Source: an uncultured Nanoarchaeota archaeon
GTDB lineage: Archaea > Nanobdellota > Nanobdellia > Pacearchaeales > GW2011-AR1
Assembly (NCBI GenBank): GCA_963779925.1
Contig: CAVZZS010000011.1
Location: forward strand, 34,974 to 98,973
Length of the DNA: 64,000 nucleotides
Direction of reading: 5' to 3'
The position numbers and the translations under genes were made by a program. Positions 48,325 to 57,685 of this stretch are shown piece by piece. The notes beneath the pieces were generated by a model. That model searched no databases and was not told the DNA's origin. It saw nothing but the letters and a program-made list of their open reading frames with translations. The first letter of the stretch is position 1. Each line of letters starts with the position of its first letter.

Positions 48325-49806
48325 ATGAAAATAAATTGGAATGAACCCAAATTCGGAGAAGAAGAAATTAAAGAAGTTAATGAGGTAATTAATTCATCTT
48401 ATGTAAATGAAGGTCCAAAAACAAAGCAATTAGAAGAAGAGATAAAAAAATTTCTTGGAGTTAAGTATGTTGTTTTGACAACAAATGCTACAGCGGCCTT
48501 ATTTTTAGCGATTAAAGCTGATGCTATTATAAAAAATAAACAAGACTTTGAAGTTATTGTTCCAGATTTAACAATGATTGCTACAGCAACAGCAGTAGAA
48601 TGGGCTGGAGGTAAGCCTGTTATAGTTGATGTTGAAAAAGATAGAGTGACTATCGATGTCAACAAAATAGAAAATAAAATTAATAACAAAACAATTGCAA
48701 TAATTCCAGTCCATATATTAGGAAGAGCAGCCGATATGGAACGATTAAAGGAACTCGCATCTAAATATAATCTATCTATAATAGAAGATGCTGCAGGAGC
48801 ATTAGGATCTAAAGACAAATATGGAATAAATCTAGGAACAATTGGGAAAGTAGGTGTTTTCTCCCTACAATCTAATAAGATAATTACAAGCGGTCAGGGG
48901 GGAATAATTGTGACTAATGATGAAAAATATTATGAAATTATCAGAAGACTTAGAGATTTCGGCAGATTCAGCAATAAAGAGTTTGTTCATGAAAAAGTAG
49001 GATATAATCTGAAATTTAATGACTTATCTGCAGCATTAGCTCTCGCACAGTTCAGAAAAATAGAGGATAAAAAGAAAATGCTTATGAATCAAAAAGAATT
49101 ATATCAAAACAAACTTAGGGGTATCGAGGGCATAAAATTTCTAAATTACCTTCCTAATGAGATTCCACTTTGGGTAGAAGTAATTACAGACAATAGGGAT
49201 AATCTTGTAGCATATCTTAGTAAAAATGATATTTATCCAAGGGAATGCTGGCCTGCAATACACTCAAATCCTCCTTACAAAAACCAAGGGAATGATATAG
49301 ACTTCCCAAATTCATCTTCTTTATCTAAAGATATACTTTGGCTTCCAAATGGTCCCGCAATAACTTCAGAACAAATATCTTTTATTTGTGATAAAATTTT
49401 GGAATTTTATAATAAATCTAGTTTAGATTTAAAAAAAGTACACGAGGATGATAGAGGATACATCTATCTAGTAAGAAATTTATTAGAAAATAACAAAGAG
49501 TTTACATTTTTAGAAACAAAAAAAGGATTTGCAAGGGGCGGATGCCTTCATCCTAAAGACGAATATGTTGTTGTTTTAAAAGGAAAAATAAAACTTATCT
49601 TGGGGAATGAAGAAAAAGAATTAGTTACAGGACAATCAATGAAAATCCCCGCAAATAAAACCCATGCTTGGGTTGCTCTAGAAGACTCCATTCTCTCAGA
49701 ATGGGGAGTAACTGAAGAAGAAAAGAAAGAAAGAGATTTAGAGCTGAGAAAAATTATAGATAGAATTAACGAAGAGAATAAAAAGTCCAGTAAAATTAAC
49801 ATTTAA
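48325..49806 (+). CDS. DegT/DnrJ/StrS (perosamine synthase-like) aminotransferase fused to a C-terminal cupin
   Basis: IEDAA, FSLQSNKIITSGQGG, GYN; the last ~125 aa are cupin-like (HEDDRG, ARGGCLH, IPANKTH). Confidence 0.88.
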   Translation: MKINWNEPKFGEEEIKEVNEVINSSYVNEGPKTKQLEEEIKKFLGVKYVVLTTNATAALFLAIKADAIIKNKQDFEVIVPDLTMIATATAVEWAGGKPVIVDVEKDRVTIDVNKIENKINNKTIAIIPVHILGRAADMERLKELASKYNLSIIEDAAGALGSKDKYGINLGTIGKVGVFSLQSNKIITSGQGGIIVTNDEKYYEIIRRLRDFGRFSNKEFVHEKVGYNLKFNDLSAALALAQFRKIEDKKKMLMNQKELYQNKLRGIEGIKFLNYLPNEIPLWVEVITDNRDNLVAYLSKNDIYPRECWPAIHSNPPYKNQGNDIDFPNSSSLSKDILWLPNGPAITSEQISFICDKILEFYNKSSLDLKKVHEDDRGYIYLVRNLLENNKEFTFLETKKGFARGGCLHPKDEYVVVLKGKIKLILGNEEKELVTGQSMKIPANKTHAWVALEDSILSEWGVTEEEKKERDLELRKIIDRINEENKKSSKINI

Positions 49807-49830
49807 AATAACTTTCTAACTATCTTAAGA

Positions 49831-50922
49831 ATGGATCGCATAAAAGTTTACTTACAAAGTCCATGGAGATTTTCTGATTCTCCATATTACCTCTATTTAA
49901 GACAAAATCCGCCAGATAATGTAGAATATGTTAATGCTGATGAATTTCGACTTATCCAGTCTTCAAAAAGGATGAAATTTAATAATTGGTTAAAGAAGAT
50001 AATTAAAAAAGTAATAAGAAATTTCTTGCCAAATTTACCTAATGCACATTACTCTAAAAATCCTGAAGCATATGATCTAATTCATTGTGCGCATTGCCTA
50101 AGCCTGAATAATAAACCATGGATTTGCGATGTGGAATATATAGGGCAGTTATGGGCAAAGGGAAGGATAGGCAAAAAAAATAAGATTAGGACGCTTTTGC
50201 TGAATAAAAATTGCAAAAGAATACTCGCATGGACTAAATGGTCTGAAAATGATATTCTAAAAGAGTTTCCGGAGATCAGAAATAAAACTGAAATTGTATA
50301 TCCGGGAATTCCCATTCAAACGTTCGTTAGAAAAAGTTCGAACGGAATTACCCTTCTCTTCTCTTCAAGGAGATTTATTTTCAAAGGAGGTTTGCATGCT
50401 CTAGAAGTAATTGATAGATTAACAAAAAAATATGAAAATGTTTATGGGACAATTGTATCAGATGTTCCAGAGGAGATCAAAAACCATTATTTATCCAATA
50501 AGAAAATAGATTTCGTGGGATTTGTTTCTCAAGAAAGATTGTTCAAGGAGATTTATCCAAAATCAGACATTTTTGTTTATCCTTCTTATACCGACACTTT
50601 TGGATTCGGATTAACTGAGGCTTTAAGTTTTGGGCTTCCAACAGTTACAGTCGGGGGTCATTCCAGAAAAGAGATTATTACAGATAAAACGGGATTTGTT
50701 ATTGATGAACCAGAAAATTTTAATGTTTCACATCTTAATAATTTGGAAGACTATTCAGATATAATTAAACAAATTGAAGAGAAAACCGAGATGCTTATAA
50801 ATGATAAAAAATTAAGGGATATTATGTCCAAAAATTGTCTGAGTGAAATAGAAAGAGGCAAGTTTTCTATAATGAAAAGAAATGAAAAATTAAAAAAAAT
50901 TTATGAAGAGGCACTAAAATGA
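49831..50922 (+). CDS. Glycosyltransferase family 4
   Basis: KGG, DIFVYPSYTDTFGFGLTEALSFGLP. Confidence 0.9.
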   Translation: MDRIKVYLQSPWRFSDSPYYLYLRQNPPDNVEYVNADEFRLIQSSKRMKFNNWLKKIIKKVIRNFLPNLPNAHYSKNPEAYDLIHCAHCLSLNNKPWICDVEYIGQLWAKGRIGKKNKIRTLLLNKNCKRILAWTKWSENDILKEFPEIRNKTEIVYPGIPIQTFVRKSSNGITLLFSSRRFIFKGGLHALEVIDRLTKKYENVYGTIVSDVPEEIKNHYLSNKKIDFVGFVSQERLFKEIYPKSDIFVYPSYTDTFGFGLTEALSFGLPTVTVGGHSRKEIITDKTGFVIDEPENFNVSHLNNLEDYSDIIKQIEEKTEMLINDKKLRDIMSKNCLSEIERGKFSIMKRNEKLKKIYEEALK

Positions 50923-51806
50923 TAATAGTAGAAATTGGAAGAGGACTTGGAAATTCAATGTATGTTTATGCTGCAGCACTAGCATTGGCCAAGCATAAAA
51001 ATACGGAACTAAAGTTAGATACTACTTATTTAAAATCCTGGCCAACATGGGAGAAATATGGCGGACTGTGGGAGTTCGAATTAGGAAAGCTTAATATCTC
51101 TTCACCAGAAGCATCAAAAAGAGAAATAAGAAGATTCGTCATTAAAACAGGATTTAGACCAATTGATAAAATTATAAGAAAATATAAACTGTTTGACCGA
51201 AAAGTCATTTACTTTCCAAGTCATGGTTCTTTAGAAGATTTTTTTAATATTCCTGATAATTCCTACCTCAGAGGCTATTTAGGACGAGAAAAGTTCTTTA
51301 GAGAAATAAAAGATCAAATAAAAAAAGAATTTACATTAAAAGAAGAATATAAGACCCCAATATTGCCGTTATTAGAAAAAATCTCAAAAGAAAATTCTGT
51401 TAGCATTCATGTGAGAAGGGGCGATTTATTAACCCTGAAAAATGCGAAAGTTATAGGGGTTGAGTACTATAAAAAGGCCATAGAATTAATTAAAAAGAAA
51501 GTAAAAAATCCGGTCTTTTATGTTTTTTCTGATGAGATCGACTGGTGCAAAGAAAATTTCAAAGAGATAAATGCTAAATTGAATTTTATTGAAGATGCTG
51601 AATGCCCAAATACAGGATATCATGTGCTTGAAGTTATGAAATCTTGCAAATATAATATCCTTGCAAATAGTGCTTTAAGCTGGTGGGCCGGTTATTTGAA
51701 TTCCAATCCCAAGAAGATAGTTGTTGTACCAAAGCAATTTACGCAGTTTACGAATGTAGATGTAGAAGATAATGTTATCCCTGAAGGTTGGATAAAAATA
51801 GAATAA
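50919..51806 (+). CDS. GT11 alpha-1,2-fucosyltransferase-like
   Basis: GLGNSM, SIHVRRGD, FSD, ANSALSWWAGYL. Confidence 0.92.
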   Translation: MIIVEIGRGLGNSMYVYAAALALAKHKNTELKLDTTYLKSWPTWEKYGGLWEFELGKLNISSPEASKREIRRFVIKTGFRPIDKIIRKYKLFDRKVIYFPSHGSLEDFFNIPDNSYLRGYLGREKFFREIKDQIKKEFTLKEEYKTPILPLLEKISKENSVSIHVRRGDLLTLKNAKVIGVEYYKKAIELIKKKVKNPVFYVFSDEIDWCKENFKEINAKLNFIEDAECPNTGYHVLEVMKSCKYNILANSALSWWAGYLNSNPKKIVVVPKQFTQFTNVDVEDNVIPEGWIKIE

Positions 51807-52525
51807 TGGATGATAAACTTTCTTTTGTTGAAGTAAGAAATTTAGGGGAATTCTTAAGAGATAAAATAACCAATAAAAAAAGATTTGTATTCAATTTCAT
51901 AAATTCCCATGATTTATACTTTTTTGCCAAAAATTTAAACTTTAGGGATACTTTTAATGAAAGTTCTATTAATTTTATAGATGGGTTTATTATTTCTTTA
52001 TTCCTATCCTTAAGAAGTTTGAGAAAAATTAAAAGATTTACAGGCCCGGATTTTACAAAACAGATTTTTGAAAAAGAACTCATTTCAAGTAATGCAAAAC
52101 AGCTGTTTATTGGATTAGAAAATGAAGATTTAGTCAAGATTTTAGCAAAGTATCCTTATCTAAAAAAAGAAAACCTATTTTGCTATAATCCCCCGTATAT
52201 AAGCGGTTTTGAATTTCCAGATAATGAAATAAATAAAATAGCCAAACTGGTTAATTCCAAAAAAATAGATTATACCTGGGTAGGATTAGGATGCCCTAAA
52301 CAGAATTTTTTGACAGAAAAATTGTTTAAAAAAACAAGAATAAAATTTTTCTTAAATGTAGGCGCCGGCCTTGATTTTTTGTTGGAAAAAAAGAAGAGAG
52401 CACCTAAGATTTTTACTAGCTTAGGATTAGAATGGTTCTATAGATTACTAACCGATTTCAGTCATTCTAAAAAGAAAGTTCTAAGAAGTTTAATGGCAAT
52501 AATCTATCTTAGGTATATAAAATGA
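51806..52525 (+). CDS. WecB/TagA/CpsF (GT26) glycosyltransferase
   Basis: DG, TGPD, VGLGCPKQ, VGAGLDF, RAP...GLEWFYRL; ATG at 51806. Confidence 0.9.
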   Translation: MDDKLSFVEVRNLGEFLRDKITNKKRFVFNFINSHDLYFFAKNLNFRDTFNESSINFIDGFIISLFLSLRSLRKIKRFTGPDFTKQIFEKELISSNAKQLFIGLENEDLVKILAKYPYLKKENLFCYNPPYISGFEFPDNEINKIAKLVNSKKIDYTWVGLGCPKQNFLTEKLFKKTRIKFFLNVGAGLDFLLEKKKRAPKIFTSLGLEWFYRLLTDFSHSKKKVLRSLMAIIYLRYIK

Positions 52526-53601
52526 AAAAGAAAATTCTGTTTTTAGGGAGATTTCCTCCACCAACACACGGGGCATCAATAATGAATGACCTATACTTCA
52601 ATGGCAAAGAAATGAATGAAACTTTTGATCTAAAAAAGATAAAAATAAACTATTTTGATAATCTCGAACAAATGGGTTCAATTAGTCTTAGAAAATTCTG
52701 GGGCGTGTTTGTAGTTTTTTTTAAGTTATTAAGAGAGCTTATACTATTCAAGCCCGATTTAGTTTATTTTGAAATTCCTGTCAGAGGCTTGGCCTTTATC
52801 CGTGATAGTTTATTTGTTTTAGAATGCAAGATATTCAGAAGAAAAATCATCTTCCAAACTCATACTAAAAGATTAAAATTCTCCAAATATGCGAAGTTTA
52901 TTTTCGGAAATAGCAAGATGATCATTTTATCTCCATTGTTATATCCCGAAGTTTCTGCAATTTTTAATAAAAATCAAGTTTATTTTGTGCCTAATGGAAT
53001 AAAAGATGAAATTAATGACCAAGAATTTAATAAAACAATAAAGAAGAGGGCAAAAAATAGAGAACTTACTCTTCTATTTCTGTCAAATATGTACGAGACT
53101 AAAGGCCCATTAGAAGTTCTAAAAATATGCAATTCTCTGAAAGATCATATTAAATTTAAATGTTTTTTTGTAGGAAATTTTCCAAATAGGGAGATAGAGA
53201 AAAAATGGCTTTCCTTAAGAAAAGAATATCATCTTGAAAAAGAATGTGTTTATCTCGGCCCGAAATATGGAAAAGATAAAAATGAAATATTAGGTAATAC
53301 AAAATTTCTAATTTTTCCAACACAATATGAAAATGAATCTTTCCCTGTTGTTATTTTAGAATCGTTCATGTTTGGTATCCCGGTTTTATCATATAATACT
53401 GGTGCAATAAAAGAAATGGTTTCCAAAGATTATCTTGGTCATGTGTCTAATCAAGGAGATTGGAATAATTTGGCTGAAGTTTTAAAAAAGAAGATAAAGA
53501 AAAAAATAGAATATAAAAAAGTCAGAGAATATTTTAAAAAAAATTATCAATTTGAAGTTTCAGAAAAAAAGTTAATTGATATTTTTAATAAAGAAATATG
53601 A
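52522..53601 (+). CDS. Glycosyltransferase family 4
   Basis: PPPTHG, TKG, FPTQYENESFPVVILE...GIPV. Confidence 0.9.
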   Translation: MKKKILFLGRFPPPTHGASIMNDLYFNGKEMNETFDLKKIKINYFDNLEQMGSISLRKFWGVFVVFFKLLRELILFKPDLVYFEIPVRGLAFIRDSLFVLECKIFRRKIIFQTHTKRLKFSKYAKFIFGNSKMIILSPLLYPEVSAIFNKNQVYFVPNGIKDEINDQEFNKTIKKRAKNRELTLLFLSNMYETKGPLEVLKICNSLKDHIKFKCFFVGNFPNREIEKKWLSLRKEYHLEKECVYLGPKYGKDKNEILGNTKFLIFPTQYENESFPVVILESFMFGIPVLSYNTGAIKEMVSKDYLGHVSNQGDWNNLAEVLKKKIKKKIEYKKVREYFKKNYQFEVSEKKLIDIFNKEI

Positions 53602-54401
53602 AAATGGAAGATTTTAACGATTATCTATCTGGAAACAAGCTATATGGAGACGATTTTAATAAAAAGCAAATTGAAGAATGGTTCAGAGATGAAAAAGAAG
53701 GCTATTCAGGGCTAATCTCCAAATCCCCCTATATTTATGAATTCCATGAATTAAATAAAATTTATGGATACAATAAACTAAATAGGATAAAAGAATTTGA
53801 TAAGGTTCTTAGTTTTGGCGGTGCAACCGGAGATGAACTTCTTCCGATAATTGATAAAATAAAAGAGGTAATCATCCTTGAACCATCACAGAAATTGAGG
53901 GTTGAAAAAGTCGGCAATAAAAAAATAGAATATATTTCACCAAGTGCATCTGGTAAAATCAATCTTCCCAAGGAGAGTATTGACTTAATAACTTGCTTTG
54001 CAGTATTGCATCATATACCCAATGTTAGTTTCGTATTAAAAGAATTAACAAGTGTGCTCAAGAAAGGAGGATTTATGCTCATAAGAGAACCAATTGTTTC
54101 TATGGGAGACTGGAGAAAGGAAAGGAGAGGGTTAACATTGAGGGAAAGGGGAATCCCTTTGAAAATTTTTAATAGAATAATAGAAGAGAATAATTTAAAG
54201 ATATTATCTGAAAAAAAGGTTTTGTTTCCCAGCACTAGGCGAATATGGGATATCAATGACAGATTCAAAAGATCCAAATCCGTCATTTATTTCGATAAAT
54301 TATTAAGCAAAATGTTTTCATGGAATAATCTATATCATTCTACAAAGCCTTGGCACAAGTTAAGGCCGCAATCTGTATTCTATGTTCTAAAAAAGAATTA
54401 G
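53598..54401 (+). CDS. Class I SAM-dependent methyltransferase
   Basis: VLSFGGATG, DLITCFAVLHHI, LKKGG...REP. Confidence 0.88.
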   Translation: MKMEDFNDYLSGNKLYGDDFNKKQIEEWFRDEKEGYSGLISKSPYIYEFHELNKIYGYNKLNRIKEFDKVLSFGGATGDELLPIIDKIKEVIILEPSQKLRVEKVGNKKIEYISPSASGKINLPKESIDLITCFAVLHHIPNVSFVLKELTSVLKKGGFMLIREPIVSMGDWRKERRGLTLRERGIPLKIFNRIIEENNLKILSEKKVLFPSTRRIWDINDRFKRSKSVIYFDKLLSKMFSWNNLYHSTKPWHKLRPQSVFYVLKKN

Positions 54402-54408
54402 CGAAAAT

Positions 54409-56034
54409 CTATTTTTTCAATAATTTCTTTATGTCTTCATCTTTTATCTTATTACGTATCTGTCTCAAGATGAATCCTTTTCCAGAAATTATCTCTTTTA
54501 ATAATCCGAAAGAATATACTAGCAGTTTCAGAGGCTTATTCTTTCTAGAATATAGCTCCCTGTGGAAAGAAGAAAGGAAGAGGCCCAATTCCTTAGAAAA
54601 TTCAGGATTGTTGAAGAATCCTCTCCTGAATTTTGAAATACTAACTAGGGGTATTGAAACAAAGGCGGCATTATCATTATTAACAAAATTGATTATCCCC
54701 GATAAATAAGATTTTTTTATCATTTCAAAATTGTCGATAAAAAACTTTTTTGAGACTATTATTTGGTTTATGTCTAAAAGAGGCTTATAATCTCTGCTTG
54801 GATCTAATCCAAGTGGGCAATATTTGAATCGAGCATAATCCCCAAGAATATTAGACCGAATAAAATAGTCACAGCAACCGATTTGTTTTTTATTTTTTAT
54901 AAGGGAGTATATTTGAAGATAATCTTTAAATTGATTTTTTATTACAGAACCTTTTGAAAAAGAAATAAATTCTGCATTTTTTATTTCATCAAATATTTTC
55001 TCCTTAGATAAATTCATTGCTCTTTCATTTAAATTTATTATTGGAGAGTTTAATTTTGGAATAGCTATATGTATTTTTTCTCGGTTATATGTGTCCTGTA
55101 TTATCTTTTTAATGTTCTTTTCAAAATCAAATTTTGATTTTACTTTATTGTAGGCTTCAGTAGCAATCTTTTCCCTTTCCTTATCAGATTTTAAATAATA
55201 GATTATTTTTTTAAATAAATCTTCTTTATCTTTAAAGAGGATTATCTCCTTGCCTTCCTTAAATAATTCCAATAAATGTGGATCATCTTCAACCAGTGAA
55301 AAGGACTTGCATTCACTGATTTCAAGAAATCTCCCTTTCATTCCCGGAGCGCCAAAAACATTTTTTGAAAAACATAAATTTATTTTAGTCTGTGCAATTG
55401 TTTTTTGATAATCCTCCGGTGGAAGAACACCTCCATAAATTCCCCTTAATTCTGGATATTTATCCCAATTATAGCCAAAAATCTTAAGATTAATCCCTTT
55501 TTTATAAAGATACTCCAGCATCTCTTCTCTATCTGCTTTGGGAGTTCCAATAAAACAGACATCATAAATTTTGTCAAAGTTTATCAATTTAGTTGGCTTG
55601 GTCTGTATTATAAAAAAAAGATTTTTCAGCCCATCTTTTTTATAAGCGGGAATAAAATTGCTGTGTGCTATAAATAAATAATCAAAGAACAGGCCGAGAT
55701 ATCTAACTTCATCAAATTCTACATCGTCATCTCCCGAAAAGAAAAAACTTAGTGTTTTGGGAGAAATCTGTCTTAAGTTTGTAAGCATTATTGGGAGGTC
55801 TAGATCATAATAGAGACTATCAAACATAAATAAAAAGTCTGGTTTTTCTGCTTCAAGTCTTTTAAGCAAAAGTCTTTCAGTTTCTTCTCTTCCATAATTA
55901 AAATATAAGTCTTGAAGATTTATCCAAATCAGCTCCTTGCAGCTATCTCTTAATGGTTTTTCCCAGAAATGGTTCGGATAATTTCTTTGATCAGTTACTG
56001 TTATAACAATAATTTTTTGAGGCAGAATCATCAT
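54409..56034 (-). CDS. CgeB/YkvP-like (Glyco_trans_1_2) glycosyltransferase with C-terminal extension
   Basis: YDVCFIG, IFGYNW, KINL, RFLEI, FKEGKEI, EREKIA. Confidence 0.8.
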   Translation of the reverse strand: MMILPQKIIVITVTDQRNYPNHFWEKPLRDSCKELIWINLQDLYFNYGREETERLLLKRLEAEKPDFLFMFDSLYYDLDLPIMLTNLRQISPKTLSFFFSGDDDVEFDEVRYLGLFFDYLFIAHSNFIPAYKKDGLKNLFFIIQTKPTKLINFDKIYDVCFIGTPKADREEMLEYLYKKGINLKIFGYNWDKYPELRGIYGGVLPPEDYQKTIAQTKINLCFSKNVFGAPGMKGRFLEISECKSFSLVEDDPHLLELFKEGKEIILFKDKEDLFKKIIYYLKSDKEREKIATEAYNKVKSKFDFEKNIKKIIQDTYNREKIHIAIPKLNSPIINLNERAMNLSKEKIFDEIKNAEFISFSKGSVIKNQFKDYLQIYSLIKNKKQIGCCDYFIRSNILGDYARFKYCPLGLDPSRDYKPLLDINQIIVSKKFFIDNFEMIKKSYLSGIINFVNNDNAAFVSIPLVSISKFRRGFFNNPEFSKELGLFLSSFHRELYSRKNKPLKLLVYSFGLLKEIISGKGFILRQIRNKIKDEDIKKLLKK

Positions 56035-56136
56035 AAGTTAAGATAAAATATGCCTTTTTTAAAGTTTTATTTGATATAACTTATGGATATACTTGATTAT
56101 AACAAACCTTAAATAGGATATTAAAGGGGAATAAAT

Positions 56137-57120
56137 ATGGGTAAAGACAGCGTACTGATTACAGGAGGAGCAGGATATTTAGGTTCTGTCACTGCAGGCC
56201 ATTTATTGAGTAAGGGTTATCAAGTAACTTGTTTAGACAATTTTAGTATTGAAGGCTCAAAAACTTCCCTCTTGCATCTTGTTCACAATCCAAAATTTGA
56301 TTTTGTATTTGGTGATGTAAGGGATAGGCGAACTCTAGAAAGTTTGATTCCTAAATTTGACACTATAATCCCTCTCGCAGCTATTGTCGGATTTCCCCAA
56401 TGCAAGCAAAATCCAGTTGATGCAGAGTTAACAAACAGAGATGCTGTAATAAATACAAATAATATTAGGACAACATACCAGAAATTAATTTATCCTACTA
56501 CAAACAGTGGTTATGGAACGACAACAGGAGAAGTTTTCTGCTCCGAAGAAACTCCGCTAAATCCAATATCCATTTATGGTAAAACAAAAGTCGAGGCGGA
56601 AATGGCATTATTTAACGGAGATAAAGGAGTAATAACCTTAAGATTAGCAACTCTATTTGGAATGTCTCCACGAATGAGGACGGATCTTCTTGTAAATTAT
56701 TTTGTATTCAAAGCTGTTACTGATGGTAATTTGGTTGTTTATCAAAAAGATTTCATGAGAAATTTTGCTCCTGTCTCAGATGTCGCAAGATGCTTTGAGC
56801 ATTGCATAGAAAATTATGAACAAATGCGAACCAGGCCAGATGACCGCGAATCAGATCCTTTTCACGGCTGCTATAATGTTGGGTTAGATAGTGCAAATTT
56901 GTCAAAACAGCAACTTTGTGAAGAGATTCAAAGGCAAGTACCTGGATTTATTGTTGACTACAAAGAGATAGATAAAGATCCTGACAAAAGAAATTACATT
57001 GTATCAAATGAAAGATTAAACAAAACCGGATTCGTATTTAATCAAACATTACAGGGGGGAATTGCGGAATTAATCCGTGGTTACAGAGTAATGTTCGGCG
57101 GGACCATTTTCAGACAATAA
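56137..57120 (+). CDS. NAD-dependent sugar epimerase/dehydratase (SDR)
   Basis: TGGAGYLG, PLAAIVG, YGKTK, RLATLFG, DKRNY. Confidence 0.92.
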   Translation: MGKDSVLITGGAGYLGSVTAGHLLSKGYQVTCLDNFSIEGSKTSLLHLVHNPKFDFVFGDVRDRRTLESLIPKFDTIIPLAAIVGFPQCKQNPVDAELTNRDAVINTNNIRTTYQKLIYPTTNSGYGTTTGEVFCSEETPLNPISIYGKTKVEAEMALFNGDKGVITLRLATLFGMSPRMRTDLLVNYFVFKAVTDGNLVVYQKDFMRNFAPVSDVARCFEHCIENYEQMRTRPDDRESDPFHGCYNVGLDSANLSKQQLCEEIQRQVPGFIVDYKEIDKDPDKRNYIVSNERLNKTGFVFNQTLQGGIAELIRGYRVMFGGTIFRQ

Positions 57121-57127
57121 TTCTAAA

Positions 57128-57685
57128 ATGAATAGGGCAATTTTCCTTGATAGGGATGGAGTTATATGCAAAGAGACTAATTTATTCTATAAAGGCCATC
57201 CTATAACTAAACTCGAACACTTTGAATGGGAAGAAAGATCCAAAGAAGCACTGCAAAAACTTTCATCCCTAGACTTTCTTCTAGTAATGATTACAAATCA
57301 GGCTCAAATAAATCGAGGACTTCTAACTGCAGAAGGCTTACAAGAGATAAATAAACCAATTTATGATGAATTGCGAAAATATGGCCGAAGCTTAGATGGT
57401 TTCTATTTCTGCCCTCATAGGCCTGAAGAAAATTGCGGGTGCCGAAAGCCTAAATTAGGATTAGTAAAAAAAGCACAGCAAGAATTAAGCTTAGATTTGA
57501 ATAATAGCTGGTTTTGCGGAGATACAACTTCAGATATCAAGACTGGCAAGGATGCAGGATGTAAAACTATTCTGGTTCAAACAGGATACTCTGGTAGAGA
57601 TGGCCAATTCGAGGTTCAGCCTGATTTTATAGTAAAAGATTTAATGGATGCTTATAATTTAATACAAGATGAATATAGAAAATAA
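57128..57685 (+). CDS. gmhB: Heptose-1,7-bisphosphate phosphatase (HAD-IIIA, GmhB-like)
   Basis: FLDRDGVI, TNQ, CPH...CGCRKP, GD...D. Confidence 0.88.
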   Translation: MNRAIFLDRDGVICKETNLFYKGHPITKLEHFEWEERSKEALQKLSSLDFLLVMITNQAQINRGLLTAEGLQEINKPIYDELRKYGRSLDGFYFCPHRPEENCGCRKPKLGLVKKAQQELSLDLNNSWFCGDTTSDIKTGKDAGCKTILVQTGYSGRDGQFEVQPDFIVKDLMDAYNLIQDEYRK

